From assembly GCA_951406725.2 (NCBI GenBank), contig OX597815.1, forward strand, positions 203,360,001 through 203,424,000: DNA of 64,000 nt, in the 5' to 3' direction. The stretch comes from Octopus vulgaris. Lineage: Eukaryota. A program made the translations under genes and the position numbers. Below the pieces are notes generated by a model that made no database searches, had not been told where the DNA came from, and was given only the letters and a program-made list of their open reading frames with translations. Shown piece after piece: positions 27,321 through 41,559 of this stretch; position 1 is the stretch's first letter, and every line of letters starts with the position of its first letter.

Positions 27321-27381
27321 TTGGGCTGATGACGGAAATGTTGATCTCTATATCCAACTAATCCAGAAACGGCGTTCTCAA
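27321..27381 (+). ncRNA. Type-I hammerhead motif (weak cleavage triplet)
   Basis: TTGGG-CTGATGA-CGGA..TCCA-GAAA-CGGCG-TT-CTCAA; directly after (TA)n. Confidence 0.6.
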
Positions 27382-27770
27382 GTAATCGATGTACGTGTGA
27401 TCTTTCGATATTTTTCCCTCTATACATGCGTGAATTATTTTTGAGTATACATTGTCTGGGAGACTTTTCTTATAATAGAGGAAATAGCTAAATTCTTTGG
27501 CTGCTATTTCTAAAAGTTCGGTGTGTGGTAAAGTAAATTATTTTACTGAACCCTAATTATATAACGTAATGTTTATATATATATATATATATAAGAATAA
27601 TAAAGGCTAGCAAGGACACCGTGATGGTGTCGGTCCTTCTGGTGACGTCGATGATCGCCTGGGGCTAAATGCATCAGTAACACCCCCACCACCCCGCCCT
27701 ATCCCTAGCCGCATTCAGATGGCTGATCCCCCTTACGTTATATATATATATATATATATATTTTTACTTT

Positions 27771-27834
<64 letters not shown>

Positions 27835-29429
27835 CAGAGTTTTACTTTATGTTGCCATGCTGACTACATGTATACATAATTTTAAACACGCGTGCGCATG
27901 CATATCGTAATTTCTATATATTGTTGAATTCCTTTTAAACATCATCATGGTTGAGACAAGAAATGAGCGGCGCCTTCTGATTCCTTGGAGGATAAGGAGT
28001 CTTATTTTTAAATAATTTTTATTAATGGTATTCCAGGAAACTGTATGGTGTTTTGTCTATTCTAGCTCAATTAGTATTTTGATGAAGTCTACACCATCCT
28101 AGTTCTAACACATTCCAGATGGTTAGTCTGGGATATCAGAATAAGCGAAATGCATCGAGACATCCTTTAAAATTCGCGAGAGGAACCTTTCGTTAATGTT
28201 CTTAGGCTTTATGGGAAGGAAGTTATTCAACTGTGAGTCTTTAAATAGTTAAGTATTGCTGCTATGTGGATTCCTGCTGCGTAAAAGAGAAGAAAGAAGT
28301 TGGAGGTTGTCTGACAGTGCTTTTACTTTACAGTAAACGTTCACATCAGTACAGAGCGTAAAATCAATTAATGAATGTGTGTGAACCGAGTGCAACTTGG
28401 TCGAATGGATACTAAGTTCACTTCGATATCAAGAGGTCCTTGTTTGACCCTATTGCATGGCAACCCGGGCAACTATTTACCATAGTCACCCCAAGCCTCG
28501 TTAGTGAAATATGGTCAAAGAAGTTTGAGAGGAAGCAGATAAAGAAAGAAGACATTACCATAGGCCTCCAAGTGATAAATTCCAGACTACCTACTTACCA
28601 ACATATTTTAAAAAAGTAAAAAGTTTTTGCCTCTCTTCTTTCCTTTGAGAAGACTTCAGGGACTTTTACTCCGTTTTTTTTTTTCCCCCATCATGATGGT
28701 AGTGAAGTTTAAAATACCATCTAAATTTATAAAACATGGTCATTTGTCTGAGCTCTTCCAATCCTTACAAATCCCCAGATACTGAATGAGAAACAAAATA
28801 TATTACTGTTATCTATACGCTTTACCAAATTCAGAAACATAGCATTTTAATTCTGAGTTACTCTGAAGGATTTTAGTCAATGAATCGTTTTTTAAACATG
28901 TATTCGTTTTTTAAACATGGTGCCTACTATATCGGACGCTTTCGCCAAACTGCTACGTTATGGGGACCAGTTGTTACGTGGAGAGGGGGCAAACACACAG
29001 ATCAGTGCTGAAGCTATAGAAGACACTTGCTCAAGGTGTTGCACTGTGGGACTGAACCCTGCCCCTTGTTTGACAAAAAAGAAAAAGGAAAGAAAACCTA
29101 GATTTAATGGTTACATCAAGAACATATACAATCAAATCAATTCAGTCAGAGCTTTGCTGAGACAACAATAAGGTAAGGTAAATTCTGGAAACCAAGGAAA
29201 CTGGTAGCAATGAGCAAAAATTAATCTATTACAAAAATATGTTAGAAGAGTTACATAACATCAAATGCCATGAACATCAAAGAATCTCTTATCCTTTGTT
29301 TTCTGAGGTTAGTTGGATGGAAGGAACAGGGAAAGAGAGAGAGAAGTTGTGTTGTCATTTGAGTGGTAGGTAAAGGAATAATCAATTCAGTGTGAAATAA
29401 AATGAAAAGTCTGAAATTTGTTTTCATAT

Positions 29430-32400
29430 AGTTTTATTCCATTTTCTTTGTTTTATACAGATTTTTAATACATATAGATACTCTCTACATATCCAGTGAT
29501 TTCATGACAAATAGAAAACAAGAAAAAAAAAAGACTATACAATAAAATAAGATTTTCATTTATCAAAAATTCTCATACAGCAAAAAAATATTTTATTGAA
29601 TTTCATTTTCTTTTCAGTTATATTTATTTTTGTCCACATCAAAATTAAGATTTTTGAGTTTCCATGTCCCAGTGTTTTCATCAGAGATGAATGCTAAATC
29701 TACATTCTGGCATTTATTAGGATTCAATATTAGCTCTGCGTGTGAATGAATATAAAGCAAAGAAAGTAAAAAAAAAAAAAATAATAATAATACAATGCTA
29801 TTTCTAAAGTACAAATATTATTTCATTAAAATATGACAAAACTAAATTCGAGGAGACAATATTGTAAAATATTAAATTTCTAACAATTATACATATAAAA
29901 AAACGAAAAAGAAATATGGAATGAATTTCATCACATGAAAATACAAAAACACCCACGCATACTGGAAAGTATAACAAAGATATGGGATTTCTGACAATGC
30001 ATTGTGCATATAAATTCATATCAAGAGAGTCATACATTTTTGTATGTATGTATGTAGAAGTAAAATTGTGAATTCTTAAAGCTTTTGAGTAACATTAATC
30101 CCAAGTAAATATGCCTTTGATATATTATAGAAATGAACTCCTTCACAGATCTTGAATAAATCCAAATAGGCTCCATTTTTAATTAATAAACAACTATTTC
30201 TAACATAAGCACAATGCCATTTCGTTTCGCTGTTTTTTGTTTGTTTGTTTTTGTTTTTTGTGGAGGGTAGTATAATGATAATCTACATTCTAATCTTCAC
30301 TGATATATAGTTTAATTAACCCCTTGGAAGGATGAAAGGCAATGTCAACCGTTGTATGATTTGAGCTCAGGGACATAACTAAATACTACCCCCCATGATC
30401 TACTAATTCTATCAGTCGGTCACCTTGGAGAAAAAGATAATTGATAGGGTTTTTTTTTTTTTTTTTTATCAATGTTAATGATACAGGTACAAGGCCAGAA
30501 ATTTTGAAGAAGGATCACAATGAAAACAACATTGAGAATGATGATAATGAGGATGACTGTTATTTTTGCTGTGGAGTGGGAATGAAGTCATACTTTCAAA
30601 ATAATCTACTTATGATGATCCAATACAGTTTGAAGGATAAAGAAAAAGCATTAACACATGAAGTCAGTTTTATGAGATAGTGGAAGAAGACAGATTGTTC
30701 AAGAAAATTTTCTCTAGAATTATTAATTTCGCAAAGATGACAGCTCCAAATAATATTCTCTCCTCTTCTTTTCTAGGCACAAGGTCCGAAATTTTGGGGG
30801 AGAGGGCCAGTCGATTAGATTGACCCCAGTACGCAACTGACTGTTAATTTATCAATCCCGAAAGGATGAAAGGCAACGTCGACCTTGGAAGAATTTGAAC
30901 TCAGAAGGTAAAGACAGACGAAATACTGCTAAACATTTTGCCCAAAGTGCTAACATTTCTGCTAGTTTGCTGCCTTTCCAAATAAAAATATTAAGAGAAC
31001 ATTGCTGTCAATTACATTGCCAGAAGTTAATTAGAAACAATGCAAACATTGAATCCTGGACTTCAATTCTGCATTACAGACTAAGTAAATACTCAAATTT
31101 TACTGCTCCTTCTATTCAAAATGAGTCTTTGTATGGGTTTATGCACGTGCATATTACACAAGGGAACCTATGTATAACTAGATTTGTGGTTCTCAACCTT
31201 GTGGGCTTAGCAGCCCCTTTCATTGATCATGGAATGGCTTTTTACACATACAAAAAGCGAAAAAACTCAATCGTTTTAATCAAAGAAGCTAATTTTGCAT
31301 AGTAGTTTATCTCATTCAGTAGGTGCCACTTTTTAGAGACTTGCATGACCGGTGCTCTTTATGTTAAACATTTCAGGAAATAACTAAGGAAGATGAGGAC
31401 ATATATAGTAAAATAATATTGGACCTTGGCACATTATCATTCAAGTTTCTGCTTACAAATAACACAATGTCCAATTTATGTTTTAAATCAGTTTGTTTTT
31501 TTTTGTGTGTGTTTAAAATCTGAGTATTCAGGTTATTTCTAAGAAAGGAACCATGACTCCACTCTCTAGTGCACCCCTTGATATTTGCTACCCTCTTTTC
31601 GTCTGCAAGAAGGGGCTTACTGCCCAGGTTAAGAACCACCAAATTAGAATGTCTAGTTCAAATTTGTATTGATATTCAGTCATATCATCTCAATCAACTG
31701 AATAAGATTGCAGCTAAGGCAGAGATAGATGATCTCCACTACTACCTTAAGCAGCAGCCTATTTAAGAAATGCAACTTAAATACACAAGAGGCTGTGATA
31801 AAAAATTCTTCTGAAACTGTATTTCATCAGTACTCCATAGAGCTACTTTGCATCTATCAAGTCATAAAAACATTAGTCTTGAATGTTATACAACTTGATA
31901 GAAAGAAAGAAAATTAATTGGGGTAGACTAAAGCAATTGTGTATGTGCACAAAATTTTATATATATATTAGAAGCACAAGATCTGCAAAAGCAAGGTATG
32001 CAAATCAAACCAATTTTAATATAAGTTATTTTTAAAAGAGTTAGCTAGAAAAGAGAAACATATATGTCATATGTACCCTACTTAAGTTGTATGATTATGA
32101 TTTATAAAATTAGATACTCTGGCATCAACACAGATTTATATATATATATATATATTATTTGCAATAAAGAAGTCAAACCAAATAGTGATATTTTGAAAAA
32201 TCATTCAATAAGTATGTTTCAGATTTGTGTAATATAAAATAGGAAGTTGCATCCGTTATATAAACCTTCCTCAGTTAAAGCAAAGGTTTAACATAGTGGT
32301 TGCAATTCCTATCATATAATACGCAAACATAAATGAAATATTTTGAAATCATTTGACTTCATTCTTACAACTAACACAACTCAATGCCAAACTTGCAAGT

Positions 32401-35400
32401 CTTGATGCCATTTAGGCAGATACTCTAACAATTTGAGTTGAAATTCTGGTATTGTGTTCCAATTCCTAACAAAACACAATAAAAATATTTGTGTTATATA
32501 CACACACACACACATACATACAAATGTGTGTTTATGTATACATGTGAATAAAACAATTTTCCATATAAATAATACTTAAAATATGTAGGTGCTGAGAAAC
32601 TACAGGACATTTTATGAAATCCTTCACACTGGAATATACAACGTAAAATAGTTGAGCTAATTCAGTAATAGCTCATCTCATACAAGGTCTTTGGAATAAT
32701 GATTGGTCAAATAAAAAGTTTTGAGCAATTGTATATGCTCTATTTTATAAAGGTATGCCAATAGCAAGAATCTAAAAAAACCTTAGAAACTTCAGTCAGG
32801 TGAGGTAACCATAACAACTGAGCAAAATGTTTTATTCAGGTGGAGGCATGTACTACAATCTTTAATCTATAATGATTCAATCAATACACAAAAAAAAAAA
32901 ATAAATAAATATTATCAATACTTTCTAACTTATTTCAGGGTAAGGCAAATATTTGATATGGAAAAATTAAATTTTCTAACATCCTATCTCCATACAAATA
33001 CACACAACAAATGTAAAAAATTCATTCTTAGAGCTCATTCACATTTCATATTTTGTTACAATCTTCACAGAAAAGAATTTGAAATGCAAGATATATTAAA
33101 CATTACAGGATTAGTCTGTCTATCAAGGCCAACAACAACTAGCTAAGCAGAATTCTAACAATATATTTAAAGGTAGCCAAACCAGCCAGGTAATCAATAC
33201 ACTGTTTGAATGGAAGACATGCTAAGCAACTGAATAAATTCTGTACTAAACAATTAAACCATTACCAGTTTTTATGGAACTATTAAAATAAATAGATAAA
33301 GCATGGTTTTAAATGCTATAGACCTTAAAGAGCCAATATTTAGTGAACATTCAAAATGTTTATTCTTGATTATCTTAAGTGGCTGCTATAAAACATAAAT
33401 AGGTAAAGAGACACTTGACAAAACCACTTATGTGTGATGAACTAGAGAAAAGCAATTTATTAATGATTAAAAGATATAAGCTTCAGAGACATGCTTGGAT
33501 CTCCCATCAAAAGCATCATCCAGAGAACGTGCTTCCTGTTTCTTTATATTCCAAATTGGAGCAATAGCTGTTGAGAAACAAAGAAATATAACAGCCCCAA
33601 AATATTAAACTTCATGCATACAGACCATGTAAAGCAGTTTTCTTGCTTCAAATGGTCTGAACAGTCAGGTCCACATGCCGTTTCATTTAATAACAATCTG
33701 ATATAACAGTCCTCACAACATAAGTTTAAAAAAAAGATTTCTAAGCAAACACCATGCTATATAAACTATTCAGTTTCACTGACTTGGCATCTAATTTTTC
33801 ACTAAACAGTAAGGAGAAATATAAGCTGCTTGTCATAAAATCTAAGCACCTGACCTGTATATTAGCAAATGTTCAAGCACATTAACCTCATAGTTTATGT
33901 ATACTTTTCTGCCACAAATCTTAACCAAAAGTAAAAAACAAGTATTTTATCATGATCTTTGCTAGAACCATTAGCAGAGTCAAAATGAAATAAAAAAAAC
34001 TAAATGGTATCATAGAGCTGACCTTTACTACAAAATCAGCTAGCTATAACCACCCTATTTATTACCTACTGTCTTTAGAATTTAGGCTTTATGCTATAAA
34101 TCTTGGAACAATTCTAAATATATATATAGGTGAGGAAGTCATAAATAAATAAAAAGAAACATTCATTCTACCAGCTGCTGTCATATCATAGATCATTGAA
34201 AGCAGAATCAGCTGCGGTTACTATAATGACAGCAACAATTTCAGTGTCTGAAAGCATTAAAATATATTATACCAATTCTGACTCGGAAGTGGTGGGGGTG
34301 GGGACAAACACATACAAGACAAGGTGAAATAAGAGACGGAGATTGTCAACTCCCAATCAAACTTTATCTTCTAGTAATAGCTATTGAAAAGGTAAGGAGA
34401 TAATCAATGTCAGATAACGATCACTAAGTGATATTAAAAACAAAAAAAAATTGAGAATATTTTTTGTTTTTTATTTTTGTCTAACTGTAGCAATCAACTT
34501 GACAAGATACATGGTGGAGAAGGAATCATTAACACAAGATAAGCTTCTTGTTAAGAATCTCAAAACAAATATTGTGAAATATTTGAGCCAAAAACCTAAA
34601 ACATATCAATAATAACAATAATTACAAACATAGGTTAAAGATGAGAAATTTTGTGAGGAGGGTTCAGTCAATTATATAAAAACAAGCACTTCGTTAGTAC
34701 TTGTTCAATCAATTCTGTTAACATGAAAGGTAGGAATTTCAATAATTTCTAACCTTGGGAAAGAATACAGGTTGCAGTTAAGGGTGGGATTGTAAACTAA
34801 ATACCAGGAAGATGAAAAACAAAGTCTACCTTGAAGAGATTTGAACTTGTATCATAAAGAGCCAAGATTAAATACAACAGATTAAGAGTAGTGCACTACG
34901 TATTCAGCCACTCAAAAGGCACTAATAATACTTTCTCACATTGGCACAAAGATATAGATTTGCAGGGAAGGGATATATCCTAACAAATTAACCATATACA
35001 TAGTATCTATTGTCAACTTTATACAAATAAAAGCCCAAGAAAAAAAAAACGATGATTTAAATGCAAATAAATACATTAAAAAATATTTTTAAAAAAACAA
35101 ATAAATTCTATTTGACACTTAGTCTAGTACTGCAATTTCTGCTATACCGATGCCTTGAAAATAATCTTTTTGTACAGTGTCACACAGGAGCAAATGCAGT
35201 GAGGGAGAATAGTCAGTTGGGGTGGGTGGGTGCAAAGGTAAATTTGATCACAGCAGGATTTTAATGCCTTCAAGGGAGGTAAATCATTTTATCTACAACT
35301 TTCCTGATTTCTTGAAGGTTGATGCTTTCATATAAACAATGTGCAGTTTATTCCCACATCACCTCCACTTGGATAGAAAATAAGTTTGCTTTATTTTAAA

Positions 35401-36822
35401 AAAAAAAAAAAAAAAAAAAACTTAAATCCTGCTGAGGTCAACTTTGCCTTTCACCCATTCAGCACTGATAAAGTACCAAAGCAGGTCAGGCCAGACCAGA
35501 TGGACTGAGTTCTTAGGAAAATTAGCAGTATCCATCCTAGCTCTTTGCATAATGATAGCAATGCCAGTGAAGGGTGATGCCAAATTGCTTTGCCCCGTCT
35601 TTCCCTTTGACAACAATGGCACTGAGAAGGGGAACTTGTGTGCATGGGTAACTGTTGTTGATCTTCCAGAATAAAAAAAAGTTTACCCTGACCTGCAGCA
35701 ACTTAGAAACTTTGCAGGTGCAGATTTATGGTCCCATGAGACACAGAAAAGCCCCAATATGGTTCGGTGAGTGGGTCTATAAATTTAAAACAGAAATTTG
35801 AAAAAAAAAAATTAAGTTATATTTAACACATCTGAATACTGCAACTGTAATGATAAAGTTAGACAAAACTGATATGACAACTGTAGAAAAGAGATTAACA
35901 AAAAAAAAAGTATTTACACCAGCAGAAAACTTCATGACAACCAAGTAGTGTGCATGCATTACTGCTTTGAGTGCATTTGTATTTGTGTAAATATGTCTAT
36001 GTACCTGTAAAGGTATATTTGCTTATTTTTGAGTAAATGCATTCTTGAATACATAAACATCTAGGTATAATGTGTGCATGTGTGTATGTGTTTTAACTGA
36101 AGATCAGATCAAAGAAGTAATTGACAATAAGTAATATATTCTGTAGAAGTCTGTGCCTTGTCACAAAGCCAAAATTATAGAATAAACTTCAGTGAATAAG
36201 AGGTGAAATACAGGCAACTGAAAAAAAAAAAATGGAGAAAATTTCTGGCATTGTAAGAATCATCATAAATCTATTATAACAACAACAAACGTCCTTGAAA
36301 TATACCTACTTCTTACTTAGATACAAGTCTTCAGAAGGAGATAGCAAATGCTGTTACACTTTTCTCAAGTACATTGCTGTATGTAGCCAACTCATTTGAA
36401 CTGCATGAATAGAAGGAATGTGATTGTGTGGCTTTCATACTTTTCACATGTACTTAAGTAAATGTAGCAGATGCTGTGTAAGTGGAGAGGATTAGGGTTA
36501 GTGTGTCCTCTTCATGCCTAGCTCTAAGAGAAACTGGGATGTAATTCTGTCACAAAGCCTTCAAGGATATTAATAAGTGTAGCTGAAACTACAAGATTGT
36601 AAGCAGAGAGGGGAAAATGTGATGGTGTTACATTTATGCATTTCTCATATGCATTAGTGGGTGTAATAAAACCTATTCTAGAACAGGCTCATATCCCATT
36701 CCAAGATATTCAAATGATTTTATTCTCTTATTGTTCTGTAAGAACAAGCTGCTTTAACCCTTACAAAGTAATTATACCAGCATCTTATCACTTCACTATC
36801 AAGTGAGGACATGCTCCATCAC

Positions 36823-36918
<96 letters not shown>

Positions 36919-38340
36919 TGTACATACATTACAGATGTACATATAAATATACTTTTCTTTGTTGAGATTCAGATTTTTTTTTAATTTTAAGCTTTTTTTG
37001 TATTTTTCAAAAAAAAATGTACTTGTCTTTAATAATAGAGAAACAGTGTTAGTAATTGTCATATCCTTAGGATTAAATAATTTCATAATGATAGAAAAGT
37101 GTCTCATTTAACAACATAGTGCAAGAGTTGGTATCAAATGCTAATTTATCAACATGAATCCTGTGGCATAAAGCGCCTTTGGCACCAACTACGCAGCATC
37201 TTGAAAAGCCATTTCAAAACAGTAACAATGTCTTTTACCATTGTACCAATTCCTTCTGACTAAGCACAAAGTCAATTCTTTAAAAGAGATTCAATTCCAG
37301 TATGTAGCTAATATTATTAATAATTTTTTAATCAACCTTGAAAAAAATTAAAAGCAAATTAATGTTAGCAAGATTTAATCTCAAAACCTCTAGGGATGAA
37401 ACTAAATAGTACAAACTGTTTAATTGTGTGCTCTACTGTATGAATCATCTTCCGCACCATTATAAATTCTTCTGTATTCCCATGTGAAGTGGATACAAAA
37501 CCCAATGTACTGAACTCTAGGATTTTGTTAGTTTTGTCCCTTCACATTTAGAATTCAAATCTTGCTAAAACTGTCTTTTTTTTATCACTTGGGGTTAAAA
37601 TATCAGGCATGTATTGAAGAAAATTCAACTGGCTCTGACACCACTTCAAAAAGCCTTTGTGCCAAACTAAGAAATGCATTATAGAACAGATGTGAGAATA
37701 AGCTCCCCGACCCACTGTAATATCACATCATATCACACCATATTTCAAATATGTCAGACAATCCTGGATGGTTCTGGCAACTGCAACAATATCAATAGTA
37801 CCAAAACATGTTAGGGCTTCATCGCCTGTAGTTTACAACTGTGCTCTGGAGAGGTGAAGGGTCTATTACTTAAATAACAACCAGTTCCACACAGTTTGTG
37901 GCCTCCTGTTTCATTCTAAGAAAAGGACACAAACAGTCAGAAACTTTTCAATATGACATCAAGCAACACAACTTCATTATAGTTTAACAAGATAGTCAGA
38001 TGCCTATGTTTAACACTTTCAGAATATTTGAAATAAAATTTGTTGATCAGGAACCTTTAACATGTCTTTTTTTCAGGCAAAAACATTGTTTATAATTCTT
38101 TGTAACTATCAATCAGACAATAAGTCAGATGATCTTATGTACATGCACACATATCCATACATACATATGTTGTTCACAAATTTTAATTTTTAATACATTA
38201 TAAAACCAATTATATATTTGTAAACAATGTGATATTTCCAAGCACTATGTATTTCTTGATGATGATAATGATGATGATTACTAAAATACAGTCATTTTCT
38301 TTTTCTTCTGCAACTCATCCACAACCAGCAAACAGGAGAT
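29430..38340 (-). other. Probable long 3' UTR / downstream transcribed region of alpha-catenin
   Basis: Mostly unique, U-rich on minus, CpG-poor, few young repeats; minus-strand AATAAA at e.g. 35390, 33359, 32831, 29592, 29432. End point not determinable from sequence. Confidence 0.4.
30770..30978 (-). mobile_element. SINE family 2 copy
   Basis: Reverse complement of the 23060-23200 body. Confidence 0.7.
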
Positions 38341-38499
38341 TTAGATGCTTAATTCTGTAAATTCATTCAGAGCTTTGACAGGTTGTATGCGCTTCCTCTG
38401 AGCACCTTTGCGTACAATAGCCTTTAGTTCAGATGGATCTTCTCTCCGTACTAGAGGTTTCTTTTCAGGAGCTTTCATCTTCCACAAAACTACAGAGTT
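38341..38499 (-). CDS. CTNNA: Alpha-catenin terminal coding exon: NSVVLWKMKAPEKKPLVRREDPSELKAIVRKGAQRKRIQPVKALNEFTELSI*
   Basis: Hallmark WKMKAPEKKPLV; aattttcag|AAC acceptor; TAA at 38341-38343. Confidence 0.96.
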   Translation of the reverse strand, partial: NSVVLWKMKAPEKKPLVRREDPSELKAIVRKGAQRKRIQPVKALNEFTELSI

Positions 38500-39078
38500 C
38501 TGAAAATTGAAAAACAAAAAAAGGTTTTTTTTTTAAATCATTTTTAGTTTTTTTTAGATATTTTGTTTATAAACTTGTTTATCAATGCACAAAGATATTA
38601 ATTAAAAATAAATTTTGAATGTAAGAGTTAGGGTTAATTAGGAATTAATAATTTGCTTTCTAATACATGCATATATATATATATATATATCATCATACGC
38701 ACACGTGTATATACATAAATATTCACATATATCTGTTTTAAGCTAATGAGTAATCATCACTACTCAGTCAATCATCAGTTTCAAACAAACTTTACTCACC
38801 GATGTGTATGTGTGAAGACACTTATGTGGGGCATAAAAATACATTGACAACATGGCTTTTTTAAAATTTAATCCATTTTATTAAAGATTTTTTTGTATCT
38901 GTATATCAGGCCCTCATAATTTGTTTGGAACAATAAAATTCCTAAAGCCCTCTTTACCAAAATTCCAAGCTATCTCAGCGTCATATTCAAGGAATGTTTA
39001 TAATAATTGCATCCTACAAGAGTTATGATAACCATTTAGGGGAAAAAAAAACAATCTCACTGGCTATATTCACTGTTA

Positions 39079-39293
39079 TTACTCTTTTACTGGTTTCAGT
39101 CATTTGACTGCGGCCACGCTGGAGCACCGCCTTTTAATCGAGTAACTCAACCCCGGGACTTATTCATTGTAAGCCCAGTACTTATTCTATCGGTCTCTTT
39201 TGCCGAACCGCTAAGTGACGGGTACATAAACACACCAGCATTGGTTGTCAAGCAATGCTAGGGGGCACAAACACAGACACACAAACACACACA

Positions 39294-39331
<38 letters not shown>

Positions 39332-39498
39332 CTTATATACGACGGGCTTCTTTCAGTTTCCATCTACCAAATCCACTCACAAGGCTTTGGTCGGCCCGAG
39401 GCTATAGTAGAAGACACTTGCCCAAGGTGCCATGCAGTGGGACTGAACCCGGAACCATGTGGTTGGTAAACAAGCTACTTACCACACAGCCACTCCTG
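39079..39498 (-). mobile_element. tRNA-derived SINE family 1 copy (last intron)
   Basis: Near-identical to 14660-15079. Confidence 0.88.
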
Positions 39499-40698
39499 TT
39501 ATTGTTTATTTTGAGATTAGTAATCGCAGTAGAGTACCAAAAGGTGTCATCATAAATCTATGAAACTATGTCTACACAGGTAGAGAGCTTATTGACTAGA
39601 TTTTCTTCTAGACTTTACAGCAAGATGTTAATCAAAGCTAAGCCAACATAACAAATGATGTCTGGAGTTATAAGATGATCAAGGAAAATAGCGGTGTAGA
39701 GTAGTTTATTTATGGAATGCAACTACAATGCTAGGAACATGGACTAAACTCGTGATTTTGCAGAGAGTATGTTCTTCACTTTCTTAACTCTACAGTACTG
39801 AAATCATCAATATACAGACATAAATTATTTTGATTTGTTTCCAAAAGTTTCATTACTACATATATTTAAACATTATACACACATACATATATGTAAATAT
39901 ACATAAACACACAACACATATAACATGCACACACACATCCATTCATTCTCTCTCTCACACACACACACATATATATCATACATACATGTATACATATATA
40001 CAAACATACTTTTTAAAAGTCAATTTTTCAACAACCATCAGATATTTTTTTGAACATTATTGCTTGAATGCAATAAAATTCAAATGTAAAGAATCCTTAG
40101 AGCTCGTCCAAGCATAAAAGTGTAGTATTTGAAGCATAAAAAAATGATTAACAATAGGCATATAGGGTTAACTCATTTTTGGAATTTCAAAATTTCCATC
40201 AGGAATATGGACAAAAACATCAATGAAAATATTTTTTATTATGGTGCTTCCATATGAACCCATTTTCTTTACTTCACTAACTATCCCCATTCTGTCCACT
40301 CAACCATCACAACAAAAATAAACTAAAAGTTTTTCTAGATTGTTTTCTCCTAAAAGTTCCTTTGAAAGCATTTAATGGTTGGTGCTATTCATACTGAAAA
40401 TAGCAAATTTAGGTCAGTAAGCAGTTATATAACATGTTATGTGGTTAATTATATTTTCAGATTGGATCAATAGTTTCATAAATAATTGACAATAATCAAT
40501 CCAAAAGAAACCAATATTTCATCAAACTTCAAATATTTTTATAACATAATCCAAACAAACCTATTTAGATTAATTGCTATAATTAAGAGTGTATTATCAG
40601 TAACTAATTAAAAACTTGAATTCAACTTTTAATGACTCAATATAATGCAAACTTTCAAGTGACAACAAAACAGAGATAAACAAAGGTTTGATACTTAC

Positions 40699-40719
40699 AT
40701 AAACGGAGCTACTTTTGTA
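40699..40719 (-). CDS. CTNNA: Alpha-catenin 21-nt microexon: YKSSSVY
   Basis: tttctttcacag|TACAAAAGTAGCTCCGTTTAT|gtaagt; phase 0-0; supplies the Tyr that follows YVASTK in homologues and fills the gap before SVVLWKMKAP. Confidence 0.8.
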
Positions 40720-41141
40720 CTGTGAAAGAAATTAAAAACAAATTAGACAAGTCATTTAAGCGAATGAAGCAGATAGATTTATATGAATCATGACAGTATG
40801 GAGGTGCTTTTGTGGGAGGGGAAAAGAGAGAAAGCAAGACAGATGAGAGAAATGGCAAGAAAGAGAGAAAAAGACGAGAGAAGTAGAGAGGGAGATAGAG
40901 AAAGCTGAAAGATGGAGAGGGAGAAAAAAAGTACAATGAAATTCTGTATATGTGTGTGTTTGTAACAACACACACACACATGTAAACATCAGACAGCTTC
41001 ACAATATTTAAGCTGCACCGCTAAAAGAAGTATGACACAGTTATATGTAGCACCCATTCCAATTTACTTCGAACATTGGCCTTCTTTCATTATTTACTTC
41101 ATTAAGCATGTTTTGTATGCTACACAATCTCATATTCTAAA

Positions 41142-41173
<32 letters not shown>

Positions 41174-41223
41174 AGTAAATGAAAGGATGGATTCGAACGA
41201 CGATTTTAACAAAATTCCTTCAT

Positions 41224-41304
41224 TCTCGACATATGTTTCGAAGACTGCATATTCTTAATTCCGAAGGAATAAAGGGTGCATTATGCTGCCTTCTCATCAG
41301 GAAA
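41224..41304 (-). ncRNA. Type-I hammerhead motif on the alpha-catenin sense strand, in ~270-bp unit 41173-41440 between (TA)n tracts
   Basis: TTTC-CTGATGA-GAAGGC..GTCTTC-GAAA-CATATG-TC-GAGA; GUC site; nested hairpin in loop II. Confidence 0.85.
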
Positions 41305-41559
41305 GACAAGGAACCTATGTCAGCATCATGACGAACAAAAACTTTTAGATGACTGCCCACATGGAGTCCACAGTGATAATTTGCTACCCGGGTATCGGTT
41401 AACCGAATTATCCATACTAGGATAATTCATTCACCTACTTATATATATATATATTGTTTTACAAATTTAATATACTTTTAAAATTAGTGGGATGATTTTA
41501 GCAATTTGAACATTTGTGTTTTATGGATAACAAATACTATTGCAAGCTGATATACACAT

